DNA of 64,000 nucleotides, from contig OX597816.1 in NCBI GenBank assembly GCA_951406725.2, positions 114,638,001 through 114,702,000 of the forward strand, in the 5' to 3' direction. Under the pieces are notes generated by a model, which worked only from the letters and a program-made list of their open reading frames with translations, did not search any database and had not been told where the DNA came from. The stretch is from Octopus vulgaris. Taxonomy: Eukaryota. How positions within the stretch are numbered: the first letter of the stretch is position 1; each line of letters opens with the position of its first letter. Both the position numbers and the translations under genes were made by a program. This document shows, in pieces, positions 1 to 13,382 of this stretch.

Positions 1-260
1 GCATTTTGTCTGACAAGGTAACAATTTCAGCAGCTCTTTCCCTTATTTTGCTACATATATTGGTTTCAAAGTCTGGTACAGGGGAGTGGGTAAGTCAGTC
101 ACATCAACCCCAGTGCTCAGCTGGTACTTATTTTGTCAACCTTGAAAAGATGAAAGGCAAAGCTCATCCCAGAGGAATTTGAACTCAGAATGTAAAGACA
201 AATGAAATGCCACTAAGCATTTTGTTTGGTATGCTAATGATTCTGCCAGCTCAATTCCTT
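1..260 (-). mobile_element. SINE family B copies (CpG-decayed)
   Basis: Matches the recurring 'ccccagtgc..aactggtactta...gatgaaaggcaaagtcgacctcggcggaatttgaactcagaacg...ctgccagctcgccgcctta' element, with CpG to TpG/CpA changes. Confidence 0.8.
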
Positions 261-599
261 CTGTTACTACATATATTATTACTCTTTTTGTACTATCACT
301 CATTACCTTTTCTCCTCTGATCCACTTCCTATTTACATTCATCCTTCATTCTTACCATTGTCTCCCCACTACTCGCATTTTTCATCAATCACTGCCACTC
401 TTGGTCATCATTCCCTGCATTCAACTGTATATACCTCTGACTACCCCTACCTCTATTTCTATCTTCCTCTCACATTCCTCTCCCATACTTCTGCAGCATT
501 TATCCACCTCTTCTTTGTTCATTTTCATGGACATGTTCCCTTTAGGCACTTTATCACCTCTAACGTTATCTCTTCAAATTCCCTTTGCTACTGTAAATA

Positions 600-2360
600 G
601 AATTATAGTGCAGTTCAAAAGCCAAGGAAAGAATCAACGGATTCTCATCCCAGCTAACCTGGGCCCTTGGAAAGGAAGCTTTGCTGTTTGAAGAGAATTG
701 TGGAAAACGAACTCCGTTCAAAGGCTTCTGATATTGCAAAACAGCTAGAAGTTAATTCAAGAATGTGTGTTACATATCTGCATAAGCTTGGATATTATGG
801 ATCACCCGCTAGAAAAAAACTTCTCTTTCAACCAATTAATATCATGAAAAGAAAGAAATGAGGTGATGCCAGAAAAATCCAGTTCATTTTGGGATAGAGT
901 GATTTTCTCAGATGAACCCAGTGGACGTGTTTGGGTTTGGAGGCTTCCCAATCAAGAATTTGATTTGAAACGACTCCAACCAATTGTGAAACTCTGTAAT
1001 GGTATGTGAAACTGTCACCAGCAATGGTTGTTCTGAGCTGATTGAATGTGTTGGAACCATAAACTCTGAAAAATACATCGAAATGCTTAAGCAAGAACTA
1101 CTTCTGATGTATTCATATAATAACATAACGAAAAATGTGTTTTTGCTCATGGAAGATGGGGCTCCATGCCACTCAGCGAAAAGGAATCAACAGTAGCTGA
1201 CTGAAAATGGGAGGAAAAAGCTTCCTTGACCCAGCCAATCTCTTGTCATGAACCCAATTGAAAATCTTTGGAGTATACAAGATAGAGCTATATGAAAAAC
1301 TCCACAGAAACCTAAAACAAAAGGTGAATTCTTTTGATTGTTGTATAAAAAGTGGGCAGAAATTCCACAAAGCTCCTCTGTTCAATGCCAAAAAGACACT
1401 ATGTCAGGGGGATTTGTTAGGGAAGGGCCAGAGGGGCAGACTAAACACATAACATTACATGACATTTAAGAGATTTGCCAGAGAGGCAGACCCAATCCAT
1501 AACATTACATGACTTGTCAGATTCGCCAGAGGGGCAGACTTAATCCATAACATTACATGACATGTCAGAGATTCGCCAGAGGGGCAGGGCCAATCCATAA
1601 CATCACATGACATGTCAGAGATTCGCCAGAGGGGCAGGGCCAACCCATAGAACTACATGATATGTCGGAGATTCGCCAGAGGGGCAGACCCAATCCATAA
1701 CATTACATGACATGTCAGATTCACCAGAGGGGCAGACCCAATCCATAACATTACATGACATGTCAGAGATTCGCCAGATGGGCAGACCGAACCCATAACA
1801 TTACATGACATGTCAGATTCACCAGAGGGGCAGACCCAATCCATAACATTACATAACATGTCGAAGATTCGCCAGAGGGGCAGACTTAATCTATAACATT
1901 GCATGACATGTCAGGCATTTGCTAGAGGGGCAGACCTAATCCATAACATTACATGACATGTCAGGAATTCGCCAGAGGGGCAGACTTAAACCATCACGTT
2001 ACATGACATGTCAGAAATTTGCCAGAGGGACAGACCGAATCCATAACATTACATGACATGTCGTAGATTCTCCAGGGGGGCAGGGCCAATCCATAACATT
2101 ACATGACATGTTGGGGATTCGATAGAGGGGCAGACCCAATCCACAACATATATATTAATGACTTGTAGGCATATGGTATTTTGTTATGCAACCATAACAT
2201 ACTACAAAGTATATTAAACGATTTTAGAAGTCAATACCATGTCCTACTGTGTTAGCAGTGCATTTAAATCATGTTAAGGTCATCTCTACAGATTTTCCAT
2301 AGAAGAAATTCTCAAATAATTCTTCAAGATCTGTAATTATTATTTTTCAGTGACATTGTA
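600..2360 (+). mobile_element. Decayed Tc1-family (DD34E) transposon; transposase pseudogene about 600-1450
   Basis: Frameshifted translation gives ARKKLL, WDRVIFSDE, GTINSEKYIEML, EDGAPCH and MNPIENLW, which are Tc1 catalytic motifs. The right end 'cagtgacattgta' resembles a ...CACTG-TA TIR end. Confidence 0.85.
1401..2150. repeat. Minisatellite, 48-50 bp unit, about 14 copies
   Basis: Unit cataacattacatgacatgtcagagattcgccagaggggcagacccaatc repeated in tandem. Confidence 0.95.
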
Positions 2361-2363
2361 CAG

Positions 2364-2633
2364 CAATGGACCCCAACATTTTTTTGAGCTTCAGACCAGT
2401 TTCATGCAAGACAATTTTTATGAGAATTGGTGGATCATGCACGAAACAAAATACAATAAAGTACATAATATGATTTAATCGTTACATATATTTATTAAAG
2501 AATAAAGACTTTCTTCATTAATAAATGACCATAGGAAGTTCCCCTAGAAAAAATTTATTTGCTCTGTTTGGCCTGGTATCAAGTTGCTACATGGTCCAGT
2601 ATTGGTTTACAGCCCAGCGGTCAGGAACCACTG
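2364..2633. mobile_element. hAT (Charlie/MER1-like) non-autonomous element
   Basis: Ends caatggaccccaac and gtcaggaaccactg; flanked by an 8-bp TSD ttgtacag/ttgtgcag. Confidence 0.75.
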
Positions 2634-2794
2634 TTGTGCAGTAATTTGTTGGTCTTTGGTCCAGAAAGTTCCCCTCTGAGACACAAGTCTGGGCAAATTT
2701 GTTTTAAGGAAGACCAGCAGTCACCCATTCATACAAGCCGCCCCTCTCCACACCACTGATGTTATCCAAAGGAAATATATATATATATATATAT

Positions 2795-2951
2795 CACCGT
2801 GATCACCGTGGCCGACCAGGCTATCAGATGCTGTTACACATCGCTGGTCACAATGTGCTTCTCATTGTTTTAGCCTTCAAATGACGCCACCCCGCTGGCT
2901 AAGCGAGCAGGCCAACAGAAGAAAGAATGAGAGAAAGTTGTGGCGAAAGAG

Positions 2952-2953
<2 letters not shown>
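2795..2953 (-). mobile_element. 3' part of SINE family D inserted in (TA)n
   Basis: Reverse complement of about 41365-41508; flanked by TA repeats. Confidence 0.8.
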
Positions 2954-3008
<55 letters not shown>

Positions 3009-3012
<4 letters not shown>

Positions 3013-3525
3013 ATAAATGAAAGAATGGAGTCGAACGAAGATGCTAACAAAATTCCTTTACTCTCGACACATGTTTCGAAGACAGCATATTTTCATTCCA
3101 GTTCTCCATGTCAGCTAACTTTCACTCAAATTCAACTTTATTCCTTATGCTCTCCAACACCATTGGCTGTTCACCAATACATCAAGCAGTTCCTGAAAAA
3201 CAGGAGACAAAAAAAAAACTAGTCAAATTGAGCTTGAACACCCTGTATATTGGATACTGAGTATTCGTCTTTTTCTATTTCTTACTTCTAACAAATTGTG
3301 TGTGTGTGTGTGTGTGAGTAAAGGAATTTTGTTAACATCTTCATTCGACTCCATTCTTTCATTTATCCATATACAACACACACATTTCTACACATGAACC
3401 CGGAGTTTCTACCCTTAACAGGTCGCTTCAACCGTGTTTTCTGACGTGAATTTGCTACCCAGGTTTCGGTTAAACGAATTTTCCATGCTGACGATAAACA
3501 TAAGATAATTCATTCACCTACTTAA
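3009..3525. mobile_element. Penelope-like terminal-repeat fragment with inverted arms and a half hammerhead
   Basis: 3009-3063 is an inverted copy of 3316-3370 (2 mismatches). The minus strand has GAAAC-atgt-GTC at about 3066-3077. Bounded by (TA)n. Confidence 0.6.
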
Positions 3526-4942
3526 ATATATATATATATATGTATATGCATATATATATAATGTATATATATGATATATTTCTCTCTTCTCTTTCTCTCT
3601 CTCTACATTTATATATATATATATATAAAAACCCACACATTATATACAGGTATATATGTGCATGTATGCATGTGTATGAGTATTTATTTTGTGTCTATGT
3701 GTACAATTTAAACATACACACACATATAGAGAAATGCATGCACAGAGCAGGTAGCAATTTGTACATGAACAAGCAGACACACACACACACATACAAATCC
3801 ATATGAACTTATGTATGCATAATTGAAACTCTGCAGGTGTATCTATGTCTGTGTGTGTTGTTGCACATACATGCTACCTCGTGCATGTTCAGAATATGCA
3901 TATATTATTCATTTAAATGTGAAATGCAACTTAAATTCCAGATTACTTAAAACAGAAGAATCTTCAATGTCTTAAAATCTTCAAGTTAACCTGTGGGCTA
4001 TATACAATTGCTTATTCTTTCCTACTTAAAAAATTTCTCATTTTCCCCCTTTCCTTCATGTTCTCCCTCTCTGTCCCCCTCTCTCTTGTCTCTAGTATTT
4101 CTGTCAGTCTCTCTGTTTATTTCCATTTCTTTCTATCATTCAGTCTGCATTGCTACCCTATGTTTTTGAAAAACCATTACAGCTTTATTCAAATTAACTT
4201 TGTGCTGTCATTTTAGCATTTGAATTTCTTTTCAGTATTTCAACAATTTCACTTTTATGATTAGACTTCCATTTCATTCTCCCTGCTGGTATACTTTCAC
4301 CACCACCACCACCACCACTGCCGCCACCGCCGCTGCCACCACCACCGCCATGATCAACATTACCTACATTACTGTTACAGCTACTATTAGTAATAGAAGC
4401 TCTATGATTACTATTACAACTACCATTGATTACTACACCCACCTAAACTTGCAACCAAAAAATACCATCAGCAGCAGCAATAGTAATATCATCGCCCTTA
4501 TTCCCAATTACACCACCACTGCCTCCACCCCTGCTGCTTCCACCGCCACCACCACCACCACCACTACCAGCACCATCGCCACCACCACCACCACCACCAT
4601 CGCCACCATCACCACCACCACAACCACCACCACCACATCACTGCTGCCATTGCCACCACCATCACCATCACTGTCACCACAATTTCTACACACGCACGCG
4701 CGCACACACACACACACATACACACACACACACACACACACAATTTGTTAGAAGTAAGAAATAGAAAAAGACGAATACTCAGTATCCAGTATACAGGGTG
4801 TTCAAGCTCAATTTGACTATTTTTTTTTTGTCTCCTGTTTTTCAGGAACCGATTGATGTATTGGTGAACAGCCAATGGTGTTGGAGAGCATAAGGAATAA
4901 AGTTGAATTTGAGTGAAAGTTAGCTGACACGGAGAACTGGAA
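3096..4942. repeat. Near-identical inverted duplication (3096-3316 versus about 4724-4942)
   Basis: About 220 bp reverse-complement match with about 5 mismatches counted by eye. Confidence 0.95.
4299..4742. repeat. (CAC/CAT)n low-complexity tract plus (CA)n
   Basis: Direct inspection. Confidence 0.9.
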
Positions 4943-5080
4943 GCCATCTGAGTTACGTGTATCACGATGAACCATGCTGGGTATCAAAATGCTGACACTC
5001 TGACCACTGCTCAATGCTCTGTGTACACTGTAAAGGCTGTAAGATGTGGACTTGTCCCATGCAGTGGATTAACCCATTAA

Positions 5081-5291
5081 CCCTTTCATTACGAACCCGG
5101 CTCTGACTCGGAGTAAAAATGTCTTGTTTTCATAAGTTTTGAATTAAAATCTTCCACCAAACCTTTCATCACAATTTATGTTCCTGATACTAGCTAAATG
5201 GTAACTAAGATATTTTACTAAATTCTTTGTTATATTTAAAGTAATTGAAAGAAACACAGAGCATCTCAAAATAAATACAGTAACGAAAGGG
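5081..5291. mobile_element. piggyBac-like MITE
   Basis: TTAA|CCCTTTC...GAAAGGG|TGAA; same family as 32754-32975, in the opposite orientation. Confidence 0.75.
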
Positions 5292-5399
5292 TGAAGCAAA
5301 ATAAGCATGTGCTAAGGGCATCAAGGGACAGGGTCACCACAGAAATGAAAATGGTTTATGGCACGAAAGAAATCACTTTAAACTTGCTAGAATAATATT

Positions 5400-5728
5400 C
5401 ATAATGCCTTATCTCTGCTAAGTATAGAAACAGAAGTTTTATGTAAAATTAATTTTAACAATATCATCAAACACTTTGCAATTAAAAAAAAAAAAACGAA
5501 GGAGAAAACTTTTCAAATGTAGATAAACTGGAAGCATACAAAAATAAACATTATTTTCCTTCTTACTATGAATTTTGTTTCATTTTGAAAAATAAAAATT
5601 TATTTTATGGTTTATTATTGTTTTCATTTTGAATTATTTTTGTTTACATTTTGAACCATTTACATATACTTCAGGGTATTAAAACCTTTTAAGTGCTTAG
5701 GGCTTCTATGGGTCTTAATTTGGCCCTG
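5400..5728 (-). mobile_element. Non-autonomous DNA element end (hAT-like); inverted relative of 8143-8720
   Basis: Shared 'agggc...ttaag..ccat...gccctaagcac' terminus and shared AT-rich body. Confidence 0.55.
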
Positions 5729-5739
5729 ATCCCATGTAT

Positions 5740-6218
5740 CATGAAAACCAAGTTCCCCCAAACTGTAATGGTCTTTGGGAGTGTCTCTAGTGAGGGTAAC
5801 GTCATGCAATCCACATCTTTGAACAAAGCCTCAGGCTCAATTCAGAGGGCTATGTGAAGCTGCTGGGGACTGTGGTCAAACCCTGGCTGGAGAGAATTGC
5901 TGCTGGAAGGTCATACATGTGGCAGCAAGATTTGACTCTTTGCTATATTTCTGGAAAGAGTCAGAAGTGGTTGTTTGGAGGATTACTATAACTTTAGTCA
6001 TCCCAATTTCTAGCATTCTAATTTCCTTGATTGTTATCCCATAGGTTTCAATGTGTGAGGGCATGGTTGTGAAAGACACCAACTGCTCTGCCTACAACAT
6101 CTGATGCTGATTTGGTGGGCTAGTTGAAAGAGGTATATGAAGATTTTTCCCTGGGAAAATGTGAAGAATTCATGCACCAAGTTCTGGAGCTGTCTTGAGG
6201 CTATGGTTGAAGCTGAGA
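5740..6218 (+). pseudogene. Tc1/mariner-superfamily (maT/DD37D-like) transposase remnant
   Basis: Translation TKFPQTVMVFGSVSSEG...LNSEGYVKLLGTVVKPWLE...YMWQQD...KSQKWL, with stops and frameshifts. Confidence 0.75.
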
Positions 6219-6836
6219 CACCAGCCTATTGCAGGAGACAAGGTCAACAATTTTGAGGAGAGGAGATGAGTTAATTGTACTGATTCTAGTACTTAACTAG
6301 TACTTTATTTTATCAACCCCTGGAAGGATGAAAGGCAAAGCTGACCTTGGCACAATTTGAACTCAGAATCTAAAGAGCTGGAAGAGGTGCCACAAAGCAT
6401 TTCATCCAATGTGCTAATCATTCTGCCAGCTTGCTGCCTTAGTCTTTGATATACTAAGTCTGAGAATAAGGTAGGATGGTCATGGCTGAACAACACTCAA
6501 TGTGAATCAACTTGATCAGGATAGACAAGAAACTAAATAATAACACAACCCACCTTACACATGCTCACACATACACACATATATACACATAGACACACAC
6601 ACATACACACACACATGCACACATACACACGTGCACCTAGACACACCCACAATACTCACCAACATTACCCATCACTAATGCAAACCCACCTTACTTGCAT
6701 ATGTATATACACACATCTGCACACACACACATGCAAACAAGCATGCATACACACCTAGATACGCCCACCACATTCACACATATATTACCACTCATCACTA
6801 GCGTCCAACCCACCTTACTCTCTCTGTCTCTGTCTG

Positions 6837-6870
<34 letters not shown>

Positions 6871-7119
6871 TCATATACATACTCCATTACCATCATATTG
6901 CTTTTTAAAGAAATTCTCCCTACTAACTGAAACTTCAGATAAGGAATAAAAGATAAAGGAGATTCCAGTATTTATCCAAGAGAAATAATCGGTCTGTGAC
7001 TGCTTTTCATGTGGATGGAATATTATCAGAGAAATTCTTTCTGAAAGCATAACCATTATTGTCTGAAGAATAAATGATTAACAGTTATTTACCAAATAGA
7101 CGAATTAAGTTGTAATAGC

Positions 7120-7480
7120 AGTATGGGTAGTGCAGGTGGTAGTGGTGGTGGAGTGGTGGTGGTGATTGTAGGGTTGTTGTTGTGGATGGTGGTGGTGGTT
7201 GTGGTAGAGTTATGTTGTTATTACTGTAGATGGTAGTGGCAATGGTGTGATGGTGGTGGTAGTGGCATTAGCAGTGGTGTGCTGATCGTGGATGATGATG
7301 GTGGTGACAGTAGTGCTTGTGGTAATTGTAGAGTTGTTATAGTGATGGCAGTAAGGTTGTTGTGGTGGTGAAGGTAGTAGTTGTCTTTACTGGTACTGTT
7401 GTTCTGTTGTAGTACTTTGTAGTGGTGTTGGCACTAGTAGTTTTCTCATGGTAATTGTAGAATTTCTGCTATGGTGATGG
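7120..7480. repeat. (GTG/GTA/GTT)n low-complexity tract
   Basis: Direct inspection. Confidence 0.85.
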
Positions 7481-7482
7481 TA

Positions 7483-7892
7483 GGTGCAGAGTGGCTGTGT
7501 GGTGTGGTAAGTAGCTTGCTTACCAACCACATGGTTCCGGGTGCAGTCCCACTGCGTGGCACCTTGGGCAAGTGTTTTTTACTATAGCATCCGGCTGACC
7601 AAAGCTTTGTGAGTGGATTTGGTGGACAGAAACTGAAAGAAGCCCGTCGTATATATGTGTGTATATATATATATATATGTGTATGTGTGTTTGTGTGTCT
7701 GTGTTTGTCCCCCCAACATCGCTTGACAACCGATGCTGGTGTGTTTACATCCCCGTAACTTAGCGGTTTGGCAAAAAGAGACCGATAGAATAAGTACTAG
7801 GCTTACAAAGAATAAGTCCTGGGGTCGATTTGCTCGACTAAAGGCGGTGCTCCAGCATGGCCACAGTCAAATGACTGAAACAAGTAAAAAGT
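7483..7892 (+). mobile_element. SINE family A, full length (tRNA-like head, internal microsatellite, (AGTAAA)-like tail)
   Basis: A-box-like tggctgtgtggtaa and B-box-like gggt(t/g)cagtccc; high identity to the copies at 13128, 16593, 33021, 52931 and 53591. Confidence 0.9.
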
Positions 7893-9419
7893 AGTAGTGT
7901 TATTGATGTGGGTGATGTTATTTGCATTGATGGTAGAGGCAGTGGTATAAGGACACATGGCCTATTGTTGGGGGGTTGCACTCATGATTGCAAGACCATA
8001 ATTTCAATTCCTGGACTGAGTGGTACATTGTGCTCTTAAGCAAAATATTTCATTTCATGTTGATCTGCGATCATTTTGACACCTGATGTGTGGTAGACCA
8101 GTCACCTGTTCAGGCAACATTGATTTGATAGAAGGAGTGAGCTAGGGCTGGGTTAAGCCCCATTGAGGCCCTAAGCACCTAAAAGGTTTTTGATGTTCCC
8201 ATACATGTATATTATAGGAGAATCCTGAACTCACCCACATGACTGAAGGTGGATTAATCAATTACAATAGATAAGAACTGAGTGAACTGTCAGTGGGGTT
8301 GTTGACGGTGGTAGTTCGACTGTGTTTGTTTACCATGTTAGTTCAACGTGTGTCAGTAGTCGAAGAGTGAATACTGAGTATCATACCTATGCTTGAGTTT
8401 TAGGGAGTGCATTCTGTGTTAATATATATTTCTGTGATAGATTATTTTTAGATAACCACAACCAACTATTTGTTTGTGTAATACCATTTTACACCAGATG
8501 TGTACACCTACATCATAACATTTTGTAATTAAAAATATTAACTACAGTAAATCACGAAATAAATTGTTATTTTTCAAAATGGAACAAAACTAACAGCGAG
8601 ATAGAAAATAATGTTTATTTTTGTATACATCCGCTTTATCTTTATTTTTAAAGTTTTCTCCTACTTGTTTTTATTGCAAAGTCTTAGACTACATCCTCAC
8701 TTCAAAATTATATTTCTGATCATATAAACCACTATCACCCATGGTGGTTGTCATGGCAACAGCAGCAGCGGTGGTAGTTTCCTGATGATGATGCTGTTGT
8801 TTCTAGTGATGGTCGTAACCAGGTTGTTTTTAGTAGAACTCAGTCCTGATTGAGCAGGCTCATCATCAAAGACAATCAAGACACGACCATCTTAACTTTT
8901 CCTTCAGACCTAGTATACCTGTATATCATCATCATCACCATCATCATTATTAAAAGTCTGTCTTCTATGCTGGCATGGGTTGGATGTTTTGACAGGAGCC
9001 AGCCAGGTAGAAAGCTACACTGGGCTACTGTGTCTGTTATAGCATGGTTCTTACAGCTAGATGCCCTTCCTAACACCAACCACTCCATAGTGTAGATTAA
9101 GTGCTTTTTTTATGTGGCACCAGCACAGGTGAGGTCAGTTTTGGATGGTTTTTACTAATTAAATCTTGTGTATCATTAGGTTTCGTACACTTTATATTTC
9201 TCATTCCTTCATTAGATTCGAGTTCACTTGCATTTTTAAATAAGCCTGTTGTGTAATTCATTGGTGTGTGATGTGGTGTTCTTATTTATTCCTTAATTTC
9301 AATAATTATAAGGTTTCTGCCAACACCTTTTATGTATATACATTGTTTATATGCTTTTTAATGCATATTATCTTTTGATGGTAATGTGTAGTGCTGTAAG
9401 GTATTTTTCTAAATAGTAA

Positions 9420-10438
9420 CTTAATGACAGAGGACTAATTAGTATAGACCATTGTATAAGGAGTGAAAGGAGAATGCTTGCCAAGTATTTGATAAATAGT
9501 GATGGAGACCTGCTACAATATGCCACGAAAGATATGGGTGTAAATACAGATGAAATGATGGGCAAGGAAGAGTTTAACCAAAGAGCTGAGAAGAGAAAAG
9601 AAGATCTTCTTGAAATGAGAAAGCATGGACAGTTTGAAAGGAATACACAAAACGTTAAGGATAATACAGCATTGTGGATATGGCTTGAGTGAGGTGATTT
9701 GAAGTGTACCACTGAAAGCCTGATCATTCCTGCACAAGACCAGGCTCTCGCTACCAATTCAGTGAAGTATAGCATCTATAAAACTTCTGACATCCAGAAA
9801 TGCAGACTCTGTGGAAAGAGCGTGGAAAATGTGACCCACTTTGTAAGTGGATGTGAGAGCTTTACACAAGCGCTTCCATGATAAAGTGCGTGTGCATTTT
9901 CGTTGGCTCTTATGCTGTAAATTCCCATTTGAAGTAACAGAGAACTGGTATGAGCATGTACCAAGTAAAGTTATGCAGGAGAATGAAAAAGTAATGGTAC
10001 TCTGGGATTATGATTTTCAGATGGATCGTGTAATCAAACACCATCAGCCGGATATTGTCATATTGAATAAGAGCGATAAATACTGTCAGATCACTGATAT
10101 AGCCATACCAAATGACATGAATGTTTTGAGTAAAGAGAGTCAAAAAATCACCAAGTGCTCTGAATTGAAAGTGGAAATGGCCAGACTATATGGAATGCAA
10201 GGAGTTTAATGTAAAAGTGATACCTGTGGTGATCGGAGCGTTGGGTTCAATCCCAATGAAACTTCAAGACTTCTTAAGGCAATTGGAAATCCCATGCAAG
10301 ACTGATGTCTTGCAAAAATCAGCCTTATTGGCACAGGGCACATCTTAAGGAAAGTATTATCTGTCTGAGGTCCTTGTTGTGACTTGACAGATGACTAAAG
10401 ACTATAGTGCATTTCTACATACACTGTATTATGAAGGA

Positions 10439-10460
<22 letters not shown>
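9420..10460 (+). mobile_element. R4/Dong-clade non-LTR retrotransposon, 5'-truncated; zinc knuckle plus restriction-like endonuclease
   Basis: AQDQALATN, CRLCGKSVENVTHFVSGC, HDKV, WYEHVP, VLWD, PDIV..DIAIP, IPVVIGALG, LQKSALL; ends in (TAA)n. Confidence 0.9.
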
Positions 10461-10470
<10 letters not shown>

Positions 10471-10763
10471 GATGATGATGAGGAGGAGGAGGAGGAGGAT
10501 CAAATGATAATAATAATAAGGGTTTCATTTATTTGCCACCAGGGTGGATAATAATCCTTTCTGCTATAGGCACAACACCTGAAATTTGGGGAGAGGAGGC
10601 AAGTCAATAACATCAACCCCAGTGCATAACTGGTACTTCTTTCATCAACCCCGAGAGGATGAAAAGCAATGTTGACTTTGTGTAATTTTTATCTAGAATA
10701 TAAAGATGGACGAAATGCCACTAAGCAGTTTGCCCAGCAGGCTAACGTACCAGTATGCCACCT

Positions 10764-10794
<31 letters not shown>

Positions 10795-11501
10795 AGTAGT
10801 AGTAGTAGTGAAAAAAGAATAAGAAAAATAGTTTAAAGAGAAAATTAAAAGATAAATAATGACATGATCGGCAGGAATGGTTAGGAAAAGAAGATGGAAG
10901 AAGACTAGAAATATGTATTATTATGACAATGATGAGTTCATACAAAGGAATAGAAAGATGAGGAGGAGGAGCAGGAGGAATTAGAAGTTGGGGAAGGAGA
11001 ATAAGAAGACGGAGAAATGGGGAGGAGGAGAAGGACCAGAACAGAAGAAGAAAACACAGAAGAATAAGAAGAGAAAGAAGAAAAGAAATGAAGAAAGATG
11101 AGGAAGAGGAGGAGAAGGAGGGGGAAGAAAAATACCTGCTTTATTAAATCATAATCAATAATAGTGATAATAAGTGTTTTTAAAGGAAATAATTTCTGAA
11201 TTTGACCAAAAGACTAAAATGAGATTGAGGAATTTATGTACGTTTGAACCATTTGTAAAGTGATATACCCCCACCATAATTACACTGAACCAAGCCTTAT
11301 AATTGATAGACACCAATCTTTTCTTTGGCAACATTCTTCTGATTTTTCTACAAAAAGACAAGGAATCTGAAATATAAGAAGAAACTCCATTTTCAAAGAA
11401 CATTCTAAACTATTTCTTGGACAAAAATGAAATATTTCTTTTAATCTTCTTGCGATATGATTTTATATCTAAGCTATTGTTTCTCACTGTATTTAAATAC
11501 A

Positions 11502-11549
<48 letters not shown>

Positions 11550-11606
11550 TGTGTGTGTATATGTTCATATATACATACACTTGTATGTGTGCATATGTAT
11601 TGTTAC

Positions 11607-11649
<43 letters not shown>

Positions 11650-11834
11650 AAGACAAGTACACTCATTTATATACGCACGTAAATAAGCTAGCACAGTTTT
11701 ATTCAAACAAATCCACTGCAAGTATTTAAAAAAGTTCTCTTTGATAAAAGGATGTATTGGAAGAAATAAAAGAGAATAAGTACTTTTGGATTTACAAACC
11801 AAAAGTTATTTCTTTCTCCAACCACTACTGATAC

Positions 11835-11918
11835 CTACATTCCTTTCTTTCTGTCTTTCTTTCTTTGCTCTCTATCTTTCTCCATTTCTTTCTTTCTTCC
11901 TGTATTTCTTTCTCCATT

Positions 11919-11997
<79 letters not shown>

Positions 11998-12289
11998 CTC
12001 TGTCTTTCTTTCTCCGTTTCTGTTTCTTTCTTTCTCCGTTTCTGCCTTCCTTCTTTCTTTCTTTTTCTTTCTTTCTCCGTTTCTGTCTTCCTTCCTCCCT
12101 TCTTTCTTTCTTTCGTTCGTTCTTTCTTTCTTCCTCCCTTCTTTCTTTCTTTTTCTTTCTTTCTCCGTTTCTGTCTTCCTTCCTCCCTTCTTTCTTTCTT
12201 TCGTCGTTCTTTCTTTCTTCCTCCCTTCTTTCTTTCTCTGTTTCTTTCTTTCTCTGTTTCTTTCTTTCTCCGTTTCTGTCTTCCTTCCT

Positions 12290-12337
<48 letters not shown>

Positions 12338-12430
12338 TCATTCTTTCTGCATTTCTATAATTTTTCTTCCTTTCTCCCTTTCTTTCTTCTTTCTCCCTTT
12401 CTCCCTTCCTTCATTCCTCCCTTCCTTCCC
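11835..12430. repeat. (TTTC)n microsatellite with higher-order CTCCGTTTCTG units
   Basis: Direct inspection; explains the F/L/S-rich and K/E/R-rich ORFs here. Confidence 0.95.
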
Positions 12431-12669
12431 TCAACATCTCTCCAAATCTTTGTCAGGTAGAATACTTAAATGGCAAGATGAATGAATTAACTATCTCGTA
12501 ATTGAAATACTTGGCTAGTTCTAAGTGCATATCTGTGAGCATGCATTTCTGCCTGCCACTTGCTCTCTCTCCTTATACACATATACATGCATACACACAC
12601 ACAAACATACACACTCCCCCCTTTCCTCCACACTTTCTCTCTCAATCACTCAGACATGTACACTCATGG

Positions 12670-13010
12670 AAGTAATGGCCTTAGAGAGGCATTTTGCCTC
12701 ATGGAGGCAACAACAAATGACTGAGACCTTTGGCAACTTCTACTCAACTGTGTTTGAGTAGAAGACTCAGCAAGTCAAGTGAAATCATAGTCGTGACAGA
12801 TACTGGTGTCACACAACTGGCACCCATACTGGTGACATGTAAAAGCACCCATTACACTCACAGAGTGGTTGGCATTAGGAAGGGCATCTAACCATAGAAA
12901 CCATGACAAATCTGACTGGAATCTGGTGTGGCCTTCCAGCATGCCAGCCCAGTCAAACCGTCCAACCCATGCCAACATGGACAACGAACATTAAATGTTG
13001 ATGATGATGA
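12670..13010 (+). mobile_element. Family E retroposon 3' fragment with (GAT)n tail (also at 8935-9150 on - and 42580-42857 on +)
   Basis: Shared gtggttggc(a/g)ttaggaagggcatc...gcatgga..acg.acgttaaatgatgatg. Confidence 0.75.
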
Positions 13011-13127
13011 CCATGGGCTTCTTTCATTTCTGGTTAGCTGAGGTACCATACAGTAGGATTGAACCCAAGACCACATGGTTGGGAAGCAAGCTTCTTACCA
13101 TTCAGTCATGCTTCCATCTAAATCTCT

Positions 13128-13341
13128 CTCTTTTACTCTTTTATTTGTTCCAGTCATTTGACTGCGGCCATGCTGGAGCACTGCCTTCAGTTGAACAAAT
13201 TGACCACAGGACTTGTTCTTTGTAAGCCTAGTACTTATTCTATTGGTCTCTTTTGCTGAACTGCTAAGTTATGGGGATGTATACACACCACCATTGGTTG
13301 TGAAGTGATGGTGGGGGAACAAACATAGACACACACACACT

Positions 13342-13382
<41 letters not shown>

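Noticed and set aside
1401-2150. CRISPR-like array or p53 response-element array
   Set aside because: The units are contiguous with no unique spacers, the context is eukaryotic, and the CATG cores are not spaced as p53 half-sites.
7483-7560. tRNA genes at SINE heads (also 35686, 36658, 41216, 46982)
   Set aside because: A/B boxes are present, but they run into repeat bodies and no full cloverleaf is evident.
8210-8520. Possible solo LTR (t[a]ttat...ataaca) inside a DNA element
   Set aside because: The 5' TG is missing and no matching TSD was found.
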